Positions 62,201 through 64,000 of a DNA stretch of 64,000 nucleotides are shown here, piece after piece. Both the position numbers and the translations under genes were made by a program. Origin of the DNA: Paraspadella gotoi (lineage: Eukaryota > Animalia > Chaetognatha); contig CM119269.1 of the NCBI GenBank assembly GCA_051294375.1, positions 12,804,790 to 12,868,789 on the forward strand. The letters run 5' to 3'. Each line of letters starts with the position of its first letter. The stretch's first letter is position 1. The notes beneath the pieces are model-generated. The model had not been told where the DNA came from, did no database searches, and saw only the letters and a list, made by a program, of their open reading frames with translations.

Positions 62201-63441
62201 AACCGTTTTTTTGCAAATTTTGAAGAGTTGCAAGCACTTATTGATCGATTTTCAAAAAACAAAGATAGAAAAAAATTAGTAGCATATATAGGTCTAATTT
62301 GTACTATAGTGCTAAATTCTGTAAAAAACTTTTTAAAATTTGCTAAGGCCTAATATACAGTATATGTTTTATGATTTGGATTTAAGATCAGAAAAAGATA
62401 TATATTATGTTTAAGACTATACATTTTCAAAATGGAATTTAGATTTAGATTTGGATAGCGATTTGGATTTAGATTTAGATTTAGATTTTAATAAATATTT
62501 ATGATCGGATATTGATTTAGATTTGGATAACGATTTGGACTTAGATTTAGATTTAGCTTCGCCACCTGCTCCCGTGTTCGGCAGAGATTCCGCTGTCCCT
62601 CGAATCTCTTTCCTCGTCGCCGGCCGCAGCAGCCGCAGCAGCCGCTTCGACGCCGACCGCCCCCGACTCCGTCGACGCCGGGACCTCGAAGGCCGGGAGC
62701 CTCTCCAACAGCTCGTCCACAACGTCGCCTCGCCCGATTTCCTCCAGGGCGGCGACGAGATTCTTCGCCGTAGCCGCCGCGGCCCCAGCCTCACCAGCCG
62801 CCCGCGACCGCACCGCCCACGCCCGCAGCAGCGCGTCGGTACCGGACGACGGCGCCGACGTCTTGGGATCTTCGGCACCGGAAGATGAGCGCCGTGGTGA
62901 CGGATTTGCGACGCGCCGGACCTGAGAGGGAGTTTGGTCTAGAGTGGCGACTGGATTGAGATTTTTTTCCGCTTTGATTTAAGTTTTATAAATAAAAAAC
63001 TAAAAATTCGTAATTCATTATTTTCACCGTACTGTATGTAGTAAGAATTAAGGGGAGATCCATGATAATAATACAATATGCAAATGAGATTGACGAACTA
63101 AATATTAATTCGTAACATTTTAACACTCTGTTACAATTACTTTTGTGATGATATGTGATAAATACTGAATAATAATTTGATCATCTTGATTCTTATCGTT
63201 CATTCGTATATTTACCGTTAGCCAAGAAGTCTTATGTCATTAAATATGAACCCCATCACTCACCCCACCCGTCTCCTCCATCAATTCGCCCAAAGCGTCC
63301 TCCATCCCCACCCCAACCGCCAACAGACACCAATCTCTGCCCATGGCGTCTGCGGGATCGAGGCTGGCGGCGAGGAGGCGTCGGGCATCCCAGGGGAGGG
63401 CGTCGACGGGCAGTTGGATACCCGGCGTCGCGGAGCCGGGG
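59215..63441 (-). CDS. DAPK1: 3' part of a death-associated protein kinase-type gene: death domain plus long C-terminal tail; the 5' part presumably lies beyond the window
   Basis: Phase-compatible exons 63441-63264, 62921-62566, 60759-60258, 59688-59215; RRLLAASLDPADAMGRDWCLLAV and ALLRAW..LVAALEEIGRGDVVD match the DAPK death domain (LDPPDPLGKDWCLLA..LRELGRRDAAD); kinase and ROC-COR domains are not in the window. Confidence 0.8.
60808..61408. mobile_element. ~600-bp foldback MITE
   Basis: Ends ttaaggcgtagt / actacgccttaa; internal inverted matches such as gcagtaggc/gcctactgc and ttccttcattaagtgggt/acccacttaatgaaggaa. Confidence 0.8.
61442..62352. mobile_element. ~910-bp MITE with ~300-bp TIRs
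   Basis: taggccttagcaaatttt...ttatcgatgttta mirrored by taaacatcgataa...aaaatttgctaaggccta. Confidence 0.85.
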
Positions 63442-63626
63442 CTGAAAAAGGGGAGGAGTAGGCGATGAAAAGGCTGAAAAGGCCCACCCTCTCTCTCTCT
63501 CTCTCTCTTTATTATATTATATTATATATATATTCAACGGAATGGACCTATATATATATAATTACCAACATCTATATATTATATATATATGGACTCTATA
63601 TATATATATTACCACATCTCTCTCCT

Positions 63627-63659
<33 letters not shown>

Positions 63660-63693
63660 ACCAACCCTCCTTTTCGCCCTAACGACACCGTTC

Positions 63694-63745
<52 letters not shown>

Positions 63746-63947
63746 TCTCTCTCTCTCGGGCCTAACGTCACCGTATCATTTTTTCCCGATAAAAAATCCG
63801 CAATTTTGTAATAATTTAGGCAGTGTACGTCGTTGTGTAAATTCTACTAATAATATTTTATTATTGTTAATAATTATAATTATATAATTATTATTATTAA
63901 TAATTAAGTATTATTCATACCCACCCTCTCAGCCCAAAAGTAAGGAA

Positions 63948-64000
63948 TCCCATGTGGTCTAGTGGTTAGGATTCGGCGCTTTCACCGCCGCGGCCGGGGT
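63948..64000 (+). tRNA. tRNA-Glu(TTC), truncated by the window end
   Basis: tcccatgtggtctagtggttaggattcggcgctTTCaccgccgcggccggggt matches eukaryotic tRNA-Glu; intact D arm and anticodon arm. Confidence 0.9.

Noticed and set aside
62433-62555. SKSKSK / DLDLDL coding repeats
   Set aside because: Intronic (GATTTA)n hexamer microsatellite beyond the splice donor at 62565.

Overview
Eukaryotic, almost certainly animal, AT-rich genomic DNA with GT-AG introns, abundant (GA)n/(CT)n microsatellites, N gaps and many homopolymer indels typical of a draft assembly. Most ORF-track entries are microsatellite or antisense artefacts. I reconstructed these spliced genes by hand: a same-strand trio at 13-23 kb (an FHA + degenerate Sen1/Upf1-type helicase protein, an RFX-like winged-helix protein and a DEDDh-fold protein lacking all canonical catalytic residues); an orphan multi-pass membrane protein; an LRR/F-box-like protein; purple acid phosphatase ACP7; a small secreted, probably GPI-anchored orphan; and the 3' end of a DAPK-type death-domain gene with tRNA-Glu(TTC) beside it. 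Two near-identical tandem duplications (2.6 kb and 8 kb) are probably assembly artefacts. Mobile DNA includes CRE-like and LINE fragments, foldback MITEs, MITEs filled with telomere-like repeats and HINE/DINE-like elements. The best novelty candidate is a ~235-bp dispersed repeat (4 copies plus 1 remnant) that joins a tRNA-derived Pol III head to a circularly permuted, type-P5 twister-ribozyme-like fold. Minimal Penelope-type hammerhead motifs also sit inside inverted repeats at 47.8-49.3 kb. All family calls are by-eye motif recognition, not database searches.
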